64,000 bases of DNA from Longimicrobiales bacterium (GTDB lineage Bacteria > Gemmatimonadota > Gemmatimonadetes > Longimicrobiales > Gaopeijiaceae). The DNA lies in assembly GCA_041690395.1 (NCBI GenBank), contig JAWLHJ010000001.1, forward strand, positions 320,001 to 384,000, read 5' to 3'. The position numbers and the translations under genes were made by a program. Positions 1 to 9,230 of this stretch are shown one piece after another. How positions within the stretch are numbered: the first letter of the stretch is position 1; every line of letters begins with the position of its first letter. The notes under the pieces were generated by a model. The model was not told the origin of the DNA. It saw nothing but the letters and a program-made list of their open reading frames with translations, and did not search any database.

Positions 1-805
1 CTGACCACGCACCCGCTCCCTCGACCGCATGGACGCGCAGATGCTCGACGTCCAGGGAGTCGCGCCATACCCCGATCGCTTCATGCTCGTCCACAGCGAG
101 GGGCTCGAAGCGATCCGGAAGGGGGAGCACGGCCCGTTCGCCGCCCTCCAGGTCGAGGACACGTAGCGAGGCGTCGGCCGCGCTCAGGGCCGGCGACACC
201 CACAGGCGTCCATCAGCGTCCAAGCGGATCTCGGTCGGCGCCTGGGCGGAGCGGATGTCCGCTTGGCGGGCCGCCTCCTCCAACGCACCCCATGCCGTGA
301 AGGCCGGGGGCGCCTCGAGGATCAGCCCCGCATGGTGCCGCCGGCGAGGCAGGAGCTCCATGGCCCGGGCATCTCCGAGCTCGCCGAGATAGGCGCCGGT
401 GGCCGCGTCGACGAGGCCCACGCGGTCGAGGAGCGGATCGACCACCACGAGCGTGTCTCCCGGGAGCGCGTGCACCGCCGCGACCTGGCGCCACTCGCCG
501 GGGCCATCCCCCGGGCCGCCGGCGGCGAGCAGGAACCGCCCCTCGGCATCGTAGACGCGGATCTCGGCGGTGCCCTGGTGCGCCACGGCGATCCGGCCGT
601 CGTCGAGCCGTGCCGCATCCGTCACCTCGTGGAGCTGATACCGCTCGTCGCCGTCGACCACGCCGATCTCGAGAACGGGCTCGCCGGAAAGTCCCCACGG
701 CTCCGGGCCTTCGGCGGACGCTGACGGGCTTCCGTCACCACACGCGGAGCCCACGAGCGCGAGTCCCACGATCCACATGGTCCGGTTTCCGTTCATCCCG
801 GGCAT
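1..805 (-). CDS. 6-bladed beta-propeller-type lipoprotein, 3' end outside window
   Basis: Not in ORF track (no stop in window). Manual translation from ATG 805 (AGGAAGG upstream): ...MWIVGLALVGSAC lipobox, LEIGVVDGD...GRIAVA...EIRVYDAEGRFL...GGPGDGPGEW, ending GVWRDSLDVEHLRVH. Confidence 0.75.
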   Translation of the reverse strand, partial: MPGMNGNRTMWIVGLALVGSACGDGSPSASAEGPEPWGLSGEPVLEIGVVDGDERYQLHEVTDAARLDDGRIAVAHQGTAEIRVYDAEGRFLLAAGGPGDGPGEWRQVAAVHALPGDTLVVVDPLLDRVGLVDAATGAYLGELGDARAMELLPRRRHHAGLILEAPPAFTAWGALEEAARQADIRSAQAPTEIRLDADGRLWVSPALSAADASLRVLDLEGGERAVLPLPDRFEPLAVDEHEAIGVWRDSLDVEHLRVHAVEGAGAWS

Positions 806-841
806 CGCCTTCCTCCCTGGGTGGCCGTTGGTGATACCGTC

Positions 842-1240
842 CTACGCTTCGTGCCCCTCCGCCTCGGCGGGCGCCTCGCTCGACAACGGCTCGTCGACCA
901 GATCCCACGCGAGGTCGACGTACTCCAGGTCGAACCACTCGCCGAAGGCCTCCCACCCGCGATCCTCGGGCCAGTGCTCCGGATCCATGACCCAGTCGTT
1001 CAGCATGATCTCGAACACCGTCTCGATGTTCGCCTCGATCCATTCCTGGGTCTGGTCCGGGTCGTCGAACTCGGGCACGAGGAACGAGTTCACGGACTCC
1101 CAGGCGTCTTCCGGCTCGACCGGCCCGTCGTCGTCGAACGACAGGACCCAGTCGACGAACGGCTGGCGGGGGCGAACGACGAGCACGCCCCGGTTGAGGA
1201 ACCAGATGGGGCGGTCTCCGGGGGCGGACTTGCTGCTCAT
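842..1240 (-). CDS. acidic hypothetical protein
   Basis: 132-aa ORF with protein-like composition (LNRGVLVVRPRQPFVDWV...HWPEDRGWEAFGEWFDLE), co-directional with neighbours. Confidence 0.75.
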   Translation of the reverse strand: MSSKSAPGDRPIWFLNRGVLVVRPRQPFVDWVLSFDDDGPVEPEDAWESVNSFLVPEFDDPDQTQEWIEANIETVFEIMLNDWVMDPEHWPEDRGWEAFGEWFDLEYVDLAWDLVDEPLSSEAPAEAEGHEA

Positions 1241-1305
1241 GGTCTAGATCCTCTGGATGTCCTGAATGGGCGCGCGGCCTGGTCGGTGGCCTGCGTGAAC
1301 GATCG

Positions 1306-2709
1306 TCATTTGATCACGAGAAGTCGATCGGCGACCGGGTACAGCCACTCTACGCCGCGCTCGGTCACGACGGCATCGTCCTCGAGCGGGATCCGCGCCT
1401 TGGCGCCGCCCCACTCCGGGACGGACGTGTAGGCGAAGAGCTCGACCGAGAAGAGCGTCCCCGGGCGGAACTCGTACGTGAGCTGCTCGGGGTTGAACCA
1501 GGCCAGCGACGGGCCGATGCCGTGTCCCCAGTCGCCCACCGAGTGAGGTCCGATGTTGACGTCGACGATGTCCGGGTCGGTGCTCGGCTGGTTGAACTCG
1601 ACCCGGCGGAAGCCGGCGTCCTCGATCGCCGCCCACAGCCGGTCGAGCGCCTCCTGGGCGGTGGGCGCCGGCCGGATGGCGGCTTTCATGACGTCGCGCA
1701 CCCGGACGCCCTGGGCGAACGCGTGGCGGAGACCCGCGGGCGGCTCGGTCTCGCCCTCGCGCAGCACGTACGCGACCCGCTTCATGTCGGTGTAGAAGCC
1801 GAGGAAGCCGACGCCCCAGTCGAGCATCAGCAGGTCGCCCCGCTGGATGATCCGGTCCGAGGAGATCGCCTCGATGCCCTCGGGGCCGGTGACATAGACC
1901 GACGGCATGTCGAACGAAGAGTCGAGGCCGCGCGCGAGGAGCTGGTCGCGCATCCACCAAGCCACGTCCTCCAGCGTGGTGACGCCGGGGGTGATCACCT
2001 CGTTGGAGAAGGCACGCTCAGCGATCTCGCGCGACATCTCACCGGCTTCCGCGAAGGTGGCGATCTCGACGGCCGTCCGGGTGGCCCGGAAGTCCGAAAC
2101 CAGCTTCTCGGCCGAGACGAGCCGCTCGGCGTACGTAGCCCCGAGCTCCTCCCGCAGGTGCAGATACGACGTGTGGGAGAGCCCGTCGGCTCCGCCGAGG
2201 TTGGGCGACATGTTCACGCCGATCCGTTCCGGCGCCCGCGCCTCGACCCAGGCCCTGAGCTCGTCCGGGCTCCCGAAGTGATCGTAGCTCGCGCATTCCT
2301 CGGGGCCGTAGCCGCCCACGCCGAAGGCCGCGCGCTCGACGCGGTCGCCGGCGTCGGTGAAGACCCAGTAGGCCCATCCGTTCACGTAGCCGCGGCCGAG
2401 CGTCTCCCAGAGCGGGTCGAGGAGTCCCTCGCGCATGACCACGATCCACATGTCGATCCCGTTGTCGCGCATGGCGCCGGGCAGCACCAGGTCGAACTTC
2501 TCCTGGCGGATCTGGCAGGCGCGCTCCCAGCGGGCGCGCGCTTCCTGGGCGGTGACCGGGCTCGGCGCGCCCAGCGTGGAGAGCGTCGACAGCGCCGCAG
2601 TGAAGAGGACTCCGGCGAGCAGGGTGCTGCGCATGCTGCGCGTCCTGCGACGGACCATGGGAGGATGGGTCATCCGCGAGTCTCCGGGAGTGGATGGGTC
2701 ATGGCTCAT
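1306..2709 (-). CDS. exported M24 family metallopeptidase (Xaa-Pro aminopeptidase-like)
   Basis: Signal peptide ending AQE; motifs LDWG..YTDMKR, GHGIG, SVE, LEDD. True start may be downstream. Confidence 0.85.
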   Translation of the reverse strand: MSHDPSTPGDSRMTHPPMVRRRTRSMRSTLLAGVLFTAALSTLSTLGAPSPVTAQEARARWERACQIRQEKFDLVLPGAMRDNGIDMWIVVMREGLLDPLWETLGRGYVNGWAYWVFTDAGDRVERAAFGVGGYGPEECASYDHFGSPDELRAWVEARAPERIGVNMSPNLGGADGLSHTSYLHLREELGATYAERLVSAEKLVSDFRATRTAVEIATFAEAGEMSREIAERAFSNEVITPGVTTLEDVAWWMRDQLLARGLDSSFDMPSVYVTGPEGIEAISSDRIIQRGDLLMLDWGVGFLGFYTDMKRVAYVLREGETEPPAGLRHAFAQGVRVRDVMKAAIRPAPTAQEALDRLWAAIEDAGFRRVEFNQPSTDPDIVDVNIGPHSVGDWGHGIGPSLAWFNPEQLTYEFRPGTLFSVELFAYTSVPEWGGAKARIPLEDDAVVTERGVEWLYPVADRLLVIK

Positions 2710-2712
2710 GGG

Positions 2713-3297
2713 TCACGGGTCGGGTCTCGCCGCCGGCTGCTCGATCACCCTGCCTCCGGGAAGCTCGATCCGCGCGCCAAGCTGCAGCAGGAGCGGCTGC
2801 GTGTCCACGTAGTCGGCCGCGCGGATGATCCGCCCGTTCTCCACCTCGAGGATCGTGACGCCGCTCAGGACGATCTCGCGGCCCGTCCCGCGCGGCGCGA
2901 GGTCGCCCAGCGGCCGGTTCTGGACGGCGGAAAAGACCCATTCCGCCACGGCACCCCGCTCGGTCACGTGCACGCGCCCAACGTTCTTGTAGATTTCGTC
3001 GCCCCAGCTGTGAGGCTCGGTCACGTATCCGACGATCTCGTCGATCCCTTCGTAGCTGTGCTGGGCCGCGAAGTCGTCGTATGAAGCGTGGGGCCAGAAC
3101 AGATCGAGGATGAGCGCGGTGTCCGCGGACTCGACAGCCGCCGCGAGCGAGCGCGCGGCGAGCTCGGCCCGTCCCGCGGCGGCAGACTCTTCCTGCTGTC
3201 CGCGCTCCGCGCAGGCCGTCGCGAGCACGACCAGCCCGATCGGTAGCGAGCGGCTGACGAGCCGCGTCGGGGCGTGACGCATCCGGGTGTGGCGCAT
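2713..3297 (-). CDS. SnoaL/NTF2-like fold lipoprotein
   Basis: Lipobox LATAC; ASYDD, AVAEW, SGVTILEVENGRIIRAADYVD pattern. Start trimmed from ORF 2713..3714. Confidence 0.75.
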   Translation of the reverse strand: MRHTRMRHAPTRLVSRSLPIGLVVLATACAERGQQEESAAAGRAELAARSLAAAVESADTALILDLFWPHASYDDFAAQHSYEGIDEIVGYVTEPHSWGDEIYKNVGRVHVTERGAVAEWVFSAVQNRPLGDLAPRGTGREIVLSGVTILEVENGRIIRAADYVDTQPLLLQLGARIELPGGRVIEQPAARPDP

Positions 3298-3454
3298 GGA
3301 GCCAAGGTAACGCCGCGTCGCTGCCTGGGCGCTCCGGCGGGCGCCTTGCGAGCGCCCTGGTCCGGCCGTACCGTGGCGCGGCCGCCACGCCGGGACACCT
3401 CGGGATCTTCGTGTGCGGCGAGCATCACGAACCCGAGTCACGAGGTCACACCGA

Positions 3455-4453
3455 ATGCGCAAGTCGATCACCCTGGGACTGGCCGGAGTCGCGGTCATCG
3501 TCCTGTCGGGTTGCCAATCCGAAGGCGAGGCGCGCGACGGAGCGGCGAGCTCCGCCGAAGCCTTCCATATGAACCCGATGATCGCGCTGCACCAGCAGGA
3601 CGTGCCGGTATTCGGGTTGTACGTGCCCCGCGCGACCCCGCCACGGCGCCCGGGCGATCCCGCGCCGGACCCCTCGGAGACGAAGACCCAGGCTGAGCTG
3701 GCGGCGGAGACCATGGAGTACCAGCTGAGCGACTACGTCTTCCACAGCGCCATGGAGGGCGGGGTCGACGAGGCGCTTCCGGAGTTCCAGGAGCTCGTGG
3801 GCGCCATGCGGGCGAACGGCGCGACCGCGCGGACCCATCCGTTCGTCGTGAAGACCGAGAAGATCTCTGAGGACCCGGACGCCGCGACGCACGTCCATCA
3901 GCAGCTCGCGGCGGGGGTCAACGGCATCATGTTCGTCCATGTCGAGAGCGCGGAGGAGCTCAGCATAGGCCTCGACGCCATGCGCTTCCGCTCCGAGGGC
4001 GGCACCCGTCCCGACGACGCGCTCGGATCGGCCCCCGACTACTGGGGACTCTCGCCGGAGGAGTACCGGGAGCAGGCGGACCTGTGGCCGCTCGATCCGG
4101 ACGGCGAGCTCATCTCCTGGGTCATCATCGAGAGCCTCGAGGGGCTCGAGAACGTTCGCGAGATCGCCGCCGTTCCCGGCGTGGGCGTGCTGTGGCCGGG
4201 CGCCGGAACGCTCAGGGGCGTGTTCTCGAGCATCGGGCCCGACGGCAGTCGGGTGCTCGACGAGGAGGCATGGGAAGCCGCGATCCAGACGGTGCTCGAC
4301 GCCTGCAACGAGTTCGATCTGCTCTGCGGATTTCCCGCGTCGCCCGACAACATCGAGATGCGGATGGAGCAGGGCTTCGACGTCTTCGTCATGAACTGGG
4401 GCGAGAGCGGCTTCCAGACCATCGAGATGGGGAGGGCCGCGGCCCGCCGTTAG
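3455..4453 (+). CDS. HpcH/HpaI aldolase/citrate lyase family protein with lipoprotein signal
   Basis: GIMFVHVESAEE, IIESLEGLENVREIAAVPGV..LWPGAGTL; N-terminal MRKSITLGLAGVAVIVLSGC. Confidence 0.8.
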   Translation: MRKSITLGLAGVAVIVLSGCQSEGEARDGAASSAEAFHMNPMIALHQQDVPVFGLYVPRATPPRRPGDPAPDPSETKTQAELAAETMEYQLSDYVFHSAMEGGVDEALPEFQELVGAMRANGATARTHPFVVKTEKISEDPDAATHVHQQLAAGVNGIMFVHVESAEELSIGLDAMRFRSEGGTRPDDALGSAPDYWGLSPEEYREQADLWPLDPDGELISWVIIESLEGLENVREIAAVPGVGVLWPGAGTLRGVFSSIGPDGSRVLDEEAWEAAIQTVLDACNEFDLLCGFPASPDNIEMRMEQGFDVFVMNWGESGFQTIEMGRAAARR

Positions 4454-5817
4454 CGTCGATGACGGGCGGCTCGCTTCCACACCTCGCGCACCGAGCGGAG
4501 GTTGCCGATGTCCGCGGTCGGATCGCGGTCGAGGAGGACGAAGGTGAGCTCGGAGCCGGGCCGGAGGGTGCCGACCCGGTCCTCACGGCCGATCGCGGCC
4601 GCCGCGACCCGCGTGGCGGCCGCGATCGCGTCCAGGGGTGAGAGGCCGCCGTGCTCGACCAGCGCCTCCATCTCTGCGAACAGGGCGGGGGGCTCCCCCG
4701 CGGGCGTGCTGAAGTCCGTGCCGGCCGCGATCCTGACGCCCAACGCGTGGGCCCTGCGGACCAGCGCTCGCGCGAAATCCCGGCTGCACACGGCGGGCGG
4801 GCCGGCCGGAGCCGGTCCTCCCCCCTCGGCCGCGCCCCCCTCGAAACGGGCATGCATGGCGAGCGTCGCGTCCAGGATCGTGCCCCGCGCGACCATCTCG
4901 GTAAGCAGCTCCTCGAAGATCGGGGCCGCCGCGGAGACGCGTTCGTAGCCGGGCCGGTCCGGGTGGTGATAACGGGCCGGAGCCTCGGCCATCGCCTCCC
5001 ATGCCATGGGGCATACGTGCGACACGACGTCCACGCCGCTCCGCACGACGTCGAGCGGACGCGCCGGATAGACCATGGCGTGCGCCCATACCGGCATCCC
5101 CTGACGGTGTGCTTCGGCGGTGACGCGCCGCACGGTCTCGGCGTCGAGGTCCGCGTAGATCTTGAGTCCGGTGGCAGAGGTGCCGCGGGCCCGGGCGACT
5201 GCCAGCGACAGGTCCGTGCCGGGGGCGATCACCTGTAGCCACGGGGCTTCGCCCGGACCGACGCCTTCCGACGCCGACCGGGCCCGAGGGTCCTCGAAGA
5301 AGGGCGGCCCGGCCACCAGCGCGGCGTAGTGGATGTCGGGAGCCTCGATCCGGCCGGTGCGCGCCTCGAGTGCGAGCGCGCCCAGCAGTCGCGCGTCGCC
5401 GGCCATGTCCCGGACGGAGGTGATGCCGGCCCGGAAGAGCCGCCTGAGCTCGGTGGTCGCGGCGTCGCGGTCGGGAGCCGTGGCGAGGTGGACGTGCGCG
5501 TCGATGAGCCCGGGCACGACCCAGCCGCCGCCCAGGTCGAGGTGGAGGGCGTCGGCCGCTCCCGACAGGCGGGAGAGGACCTCGTCGCGGGGCCCCACGT
5601 CGACGATCTCGGCCCCTCGGGCGGCAATCGCGGCGTCGGGCACGGGCGGGCCGCCCAGCCCGTCGACGAGGGTGAAGCCGTGGAGGATCTCCAGCGGCGG
5701 ATCGGAAGGGTCGGTGCTCTGGCCCGCCGCCGGGCCCGCCAGGAGGAACGCCGCCGCGCACCACGCGAGCATCGGCAAGGCACGGCCGGGGCGCCGTCGC
5801 TCCGCGCCGCGGCCCAT
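4450..5817 (-). CDS. exported amidohydrolase family protein
   Basis: PGLIDAHVH, GLKIY, VWAHA, VVSH, AGTD, GTLRPG motifs; signal peptide. Confidence 0.85.
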   Translation of the reverse strand: MGRGAERRRPGRALPMLAWCAAAFLLAGPAAGQSTDPSDPPLEILHGFTLVDGLGGPPVPDAAIAARGAEIVDVGPRDEVLSRLSGAADALHLDLGGGWVVPGLIDAHVHLATAPDRDAATTELRRLFRAGITSVRDMAGDARLLGALALEARTGRIEAPDIHYAALVAGPPFFEDPRARSASEGVGPGEAPWLQVIAPGTDLSLAVARARGTSATGLKIYADLDAETVRRVTAEAHRQGMPVWAHAMVYPARPLDVVRSGVDVVSHVCPMAWEAMAEAPARYHHPDRPGYERVSAAAPIFEELLTEMVARGTILDATLAMHARFEGGAAEGGGPAPAGPPAVCSRDFARALVRRAHALGVRIAAGTDFSTPAGEPPALFAEMEALVEHGGLSPLDAIAAATRVAAAAIGREDRVGTLRPGSELTFVLLDRDPTADIGNLRSVREVWKRAARHRR

Positions 5818-5842
5818 GCGACCCGACCCGCCCGCGCTCAGG

Positions 5843-6697
5843 TCATCCCTCCTCGTCCAGCTCCAACCCCACGCCGGTGGGCGTGATCACCAGACTCGGC
5901 AGGATGGTGCGCACGGGTGCTGCGGCGATCTCGGCCAGGGCCGTGTCGGCGTCGGGGTAGGGCGCCAGTTGCTCGAGCGTCTTGATGGTGGGGAAGACCA
6001 TCGGCAAGCTCCCTTCCGCGTAGCGAGCGAGCGCCCCTCGCGGGGAGACCCAGAGCGCGTCGGTCATCTCGCGCGGGTCCACCACCGGCCTGGTGTCGCC
6101 GGTCACGCGGGCCGCGAAGAAGCGCGTGTCGTAACGACGGGGCTCGACCAGCGGAGTGATCCAATGGGCCAGATACTCGACCGAGCGGCCGTCCAGCCGG
6201 CAGCCCAGGCGGTCGAGCGCCTCGCCGAAGCCGATCCGGTCTTCCATGACGTCGTCACGCACGCCGTCGACCTCGGGACTCGAAGCGGCGGTCGGCGGCG
6301 CGGTTCCATCGGGTCGGCGGCCGATCAGGATCCCCGTCTCCTCGAAGGCCTCGCGCAGTGCCGCCAGGTAGTAGCCGATCGCCGGTGGGTCCGCTCCGGG
6401 AAGGGCCAACCGGGCCTCAGCGCTCTCGACGGTCAACCCGTCGAGCCGCCTCAGCGCCTCGGGCGTGGCATCGGTGCCGTCGACCCTGCCCCCGGGGAAT
6501 ACGTACGCACCCGGCACGAAGCCCGCGTTCCGGTTGCGGCGCATGAGCAGTACTTCGAGCCCGCCCTCACCGTCACGCAGCAGCACGATCGTCGCCGCGG
6601 GCCGGGTGGGGGTCGGCTCGGCCGGAGGGTGCTCGATCTGCTCCGCGAACCGCTCAGGAAGGCGATCGAACGGGATGATGAAGTCCGATTTACTCAT
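5843..6697 (-). CDS. NUDIX hydrolase
   Basis: PAATIVLLRD, YVFPGGRVD, ALREAFEETG Nudix box, HWITP...RRYDTRFF. Confidence 0.85.
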   Translation of the reverse strand: MSKSDFIIPFDRLPERFAEQIEHPPAEPTPTRPAATIVLLRDGEGGLEVLLMRRNRNAGFVPGAYVFPGGRVDGTDATPEALRRLDGLTVESAEARLALPGADPPAIGYYLAALREAFEETGILIGRRPDGTAPPTAASSPEVDGVRDDVMEDRIGFGEALDRLGCRLDGRSVEYLAHWITPLVEPRRYDTRFFAARVTGDTRPVVDPREMTDALWVSPRGALARYAEGSLPMVFPTIKTLEQLAPYPDADTALAEIAAAPVRTILPSLVITPTGVGLELDEEG

Positions 6698-6752
6698 GAT
6701 GCACTCATGTCATACTCAGGGGCTGCGTAACGGGGTGCCAGCGGGGCCGTGG

Positions 6753-8330
6753 TCAGCCTCCCGCCGCCATGCCGTCCTTACGAAGGTCCGACGCCGCGGC
6801 CCAGCCGCGATCGAGACGTACGATGGCCTGACCTCCTCCGAACGCGAACCCCTCCGGCGGCACGAGCTCGTGGCCGCGCCGCTCCAGCCCGGCTGCGACG
6901 TGACCGGGGAGCGCCTCGACCGAGAGCCGCCGCGCCTCGAGGTGGCGGAAGCGGGGAGCGTCGAGGGCCTCCTGCGGATCCATCCCGAAGTGGAGCATGT
7001 TGAGCAGCACCTGCACCTGTCCCTGGGGCTGCATCGGGCCGCCCATGACGCCGAACGACATCCACGGCCGTCCCTCTCGCGTCACGAAGCCGGGGATGAT
7101 GGTGTGGAGCGGCCGCCTTCCCGGCGCCATGCGGTTCGGGTGACCCGGGTCCAGCGAGAAGCCGCACCCCCTGTTCTGGAGCGCGAAGCCGGTGCCCGGC
7201 ACCACGATACCCGATCCGAAGTACTTGTAGATGGAGTTGATGAAGGAGACCATGTTGCCGTGCTCGTCGGCGACGGTCAGGTACACCGTCTCCGACGAGG
7301 TCGCCGGCTCACCCGGATCGGCGCGCTCGGCCGCCGCGACAGGGTCGATCTCCCGCGCTCGCTCCGCCAGATATCCGGCGTCGAGAAGCGCCTCGGGCCG
7401 GACCGCCATGTTCTCCGGGTCCGCGACGAAGCGCGCGAGGTCCGCATAGGCCAGCTTCTTCGCTTCGACGAGCGTGTGAAGGTACGCCACCGAGTTGTGC
7501 CCCATGCCGCTCAGGTCATGGCTTTCCAGGATCTCGAGCATCTGCAACGCCGCGATCCCCTGGCCCGCCGGTGGGAGCTCGTGCAGGGTCACCCCGTGGT
7601 AGTCGACGCCGAGAGGCTCGACCCAGCGGACCTCGTGTCGGTCCAGGTCGGAAAGCGTCACGCTGCCGCCGAGCGCGTCGAGACCGTCCACCAACCGTCG
7701 CCCCAGAGCGCCCCCGTAGAAGCTTCCGACGCCGTCGCGGGCGATGCCCCGGAACGTCTCGGCCAGGTCCGGCAGCCGGAACCACTCGCCCGCCGCTGGC
7801 GCGCGGCCCCCGGGGAGGAAGGTGGCCGCGGCCGCCTCGTTGCGCCGGAGAACGTCGCTGACGCTGGCCCAGTCACGGGCGATGATCGGCGTGACCGGAT
7901 ATCCGCGCTCGGCTAGGGCGATCGCGGGCGCGAGCACGTTCGAAAGGGTTCGGGTGCCGAAGCGCTCGAGCAGCGCGTCCCAGCCGGCCAACGCACCGGG
8001 GACGGTCACGGCGCGCGCGTCGTGGTCCGGCACCTCCCGGAGCCCTTCGGCCGTCAGCGCGTCGGCGTTGGCCCCACTCCCGGCCCGTCCGCTCCCGTCG
8101 AGGCCGACCAGGCGTTCCTCCTTCGCCGACCAGAGGAGTGCGAACATGTCGCCGCCGATGCCCGTCATGTACGGCTCGACCACGTTCAGCACGGCCGCCG
8201 CGGTCACCGCGGCGTCGATGGCGTTCCCGCCCTCTTCCAGCGTTCGGAGCGCGGCTCCGGTGGCCAGGGGTTGGCTGGACGCGACGGCGAAACGCGGCGC
8301 GTAGACCGTCGAGCGCCCCGACGGGCTCAA
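6753..8330 (-). CDS. ggt: gamma-glutamyltransferase family (Ntn hydrolase), no signal peptide
   Basis: GGNAIDAA, TGIGGD, ETVYLTVAD nucleophile Thr, LQNRG, PLHTIIP, GVMGGPMQPQG; TTG start overlaps upstream stop. Confidence 0.9.
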   Translation of the reverse strand: MSPSGRSTVYAPRFAVASSQPLATGAALRTLEEGGNAIDAAVTAAAVLNVVEPYMTGIGGDMFALLWSAKEERLVGLDGSGRAGSGANADALTAEGLREVPDHDARAVTVPGALAGWDALLERFGTRTLSNVLAPAIALAERGYPVTPIIARDWASVSDVLRRNEAAAATFLPGGRAPAAGEWFRLPDLAETFRGIARDGVGSFYGGALGRRLVDGLDALGGSVTLSDLDRHEVRWVEPLGVDYHGVTLHELPPAGQGIAALQMLEILESHDLSGMGHNSVAYLHTLVEAKKLAYADLARFVADPENMAVRPEALLDAGYLAERAREIDPVAAAERADPGEPATSSETVYLTVADEHGNMVSFINSIYKYFGSGIVVPGTGFALQNRGCGFSLDPGHPNRMAPGRRPLHTIIPGFVTREGRPWMSFGVMGGPMQPQGQVQVLLNMLHFGMDPQEALDAPRFRHLEARRLSVEALPGHVAAGLERRGHELVPPEGFAFGGGQAIVRLDRGWAAASDLRKDGMAAGG

Positions 8331-8998
8331 GAGGTGCCCTCGGGCTCCTTCCTGCTACCGTCGGCCTCCTTCCGCGCGCCCTCCCGCTCGAAAACGAGGA
8401 CCCGGCCCGGGAACAGCGCCTCCAACCGATCGATGTCGGCCCTGGTGCCGTGCGGCTCACCCCAGTGGACCGGCACCACGACCTCGGCGCCGCAGGCCTC
8501 GCCGGCCCGCGCGGCCTCCTCCACGGTCATCGTGTAGTGGCCGTCGCACGGAAGGAACGCGACGTCGCAGCGGATGCCGGCCATCGACGGAAGGAAGTCC
8601 GTGTCTCCCGCGTGGTAGAAGGTCGTGCCGCTCACGGTGAAGACGTACCCCAGCCAGCCGTCGTCGGGGGTATGGAACTTCTTGCCGACGTTGTGGGCGG
8701 GCACGGCCAGGACGTCGAAGCCGTCGAGCTGAAGCATGTCCCCCGGCCGCATGAAGTGGTCCGCGTCCGCGAGCTGCTTCTTCATGGTCGACGGGGCCAC
8801 GACGACAGTGTCCGGCCCCCGCACCTTCGCGATGTCGTCTTCCGAGAAGTTGTCGAAGTGCGGATGGGTGAGGAGGATCAGATCCGCCTCGGACTCCTCG
8901 GTGACGCCGGCGGGGTCCACGTGCACCTCACGGCCCATCCCCCGAATGCGGACGGACGAGCCGCGGAACCACGTGATGCCATCGAGCCATTCGCGCAT
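8327..8998 (-). CDS. MBL-fold metallo-hydrolase
   Basis: THPHFDN, PAHN, YHAGDT, PVHWG motifs. Confidence 0.85.
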   Translation of the reverse strand: MREWLDGITWFRGSSVRIRGMGREVHVDPAGVTEESEADLILLTHPHFDNFSEDDIAKVRGPDTVVVAPSTMKKQLADADHFMRPGDMLQLDGFDVLAVPAHNVGKKFHTPDDGWLGYVFTVSGTTFYHAGDTDFLPSMAGIRCDVAFLPCDGHYTMTVEEAARAGEACGAEVVVPVHWGEPHGTRADIDRLEALFPGRVLVFEREGARKEADGSRKEPEGTS

Positions 8999-9230
8999 GT
9001 TGACCCCTGCGTGTGGCGCCGGGTGGTAGGAGGTGCCAAGCTAACCGTCCGGGGCGACCCGAAAAAGTGGCGGTACGCCGGCGCTGTTCGCGTCATAATG
9101 ACAGACGTCATGCGGATGGGGCATGGATTCGGCCCGTTTCGGCTGGCAGGAATCATGCACCCTGGAAGTATCCGCGGCACGAGCGTCCAGCCGCGCCGGA
9201 CGAGGTCCATTTCTTCAACGACCCGCTTAC

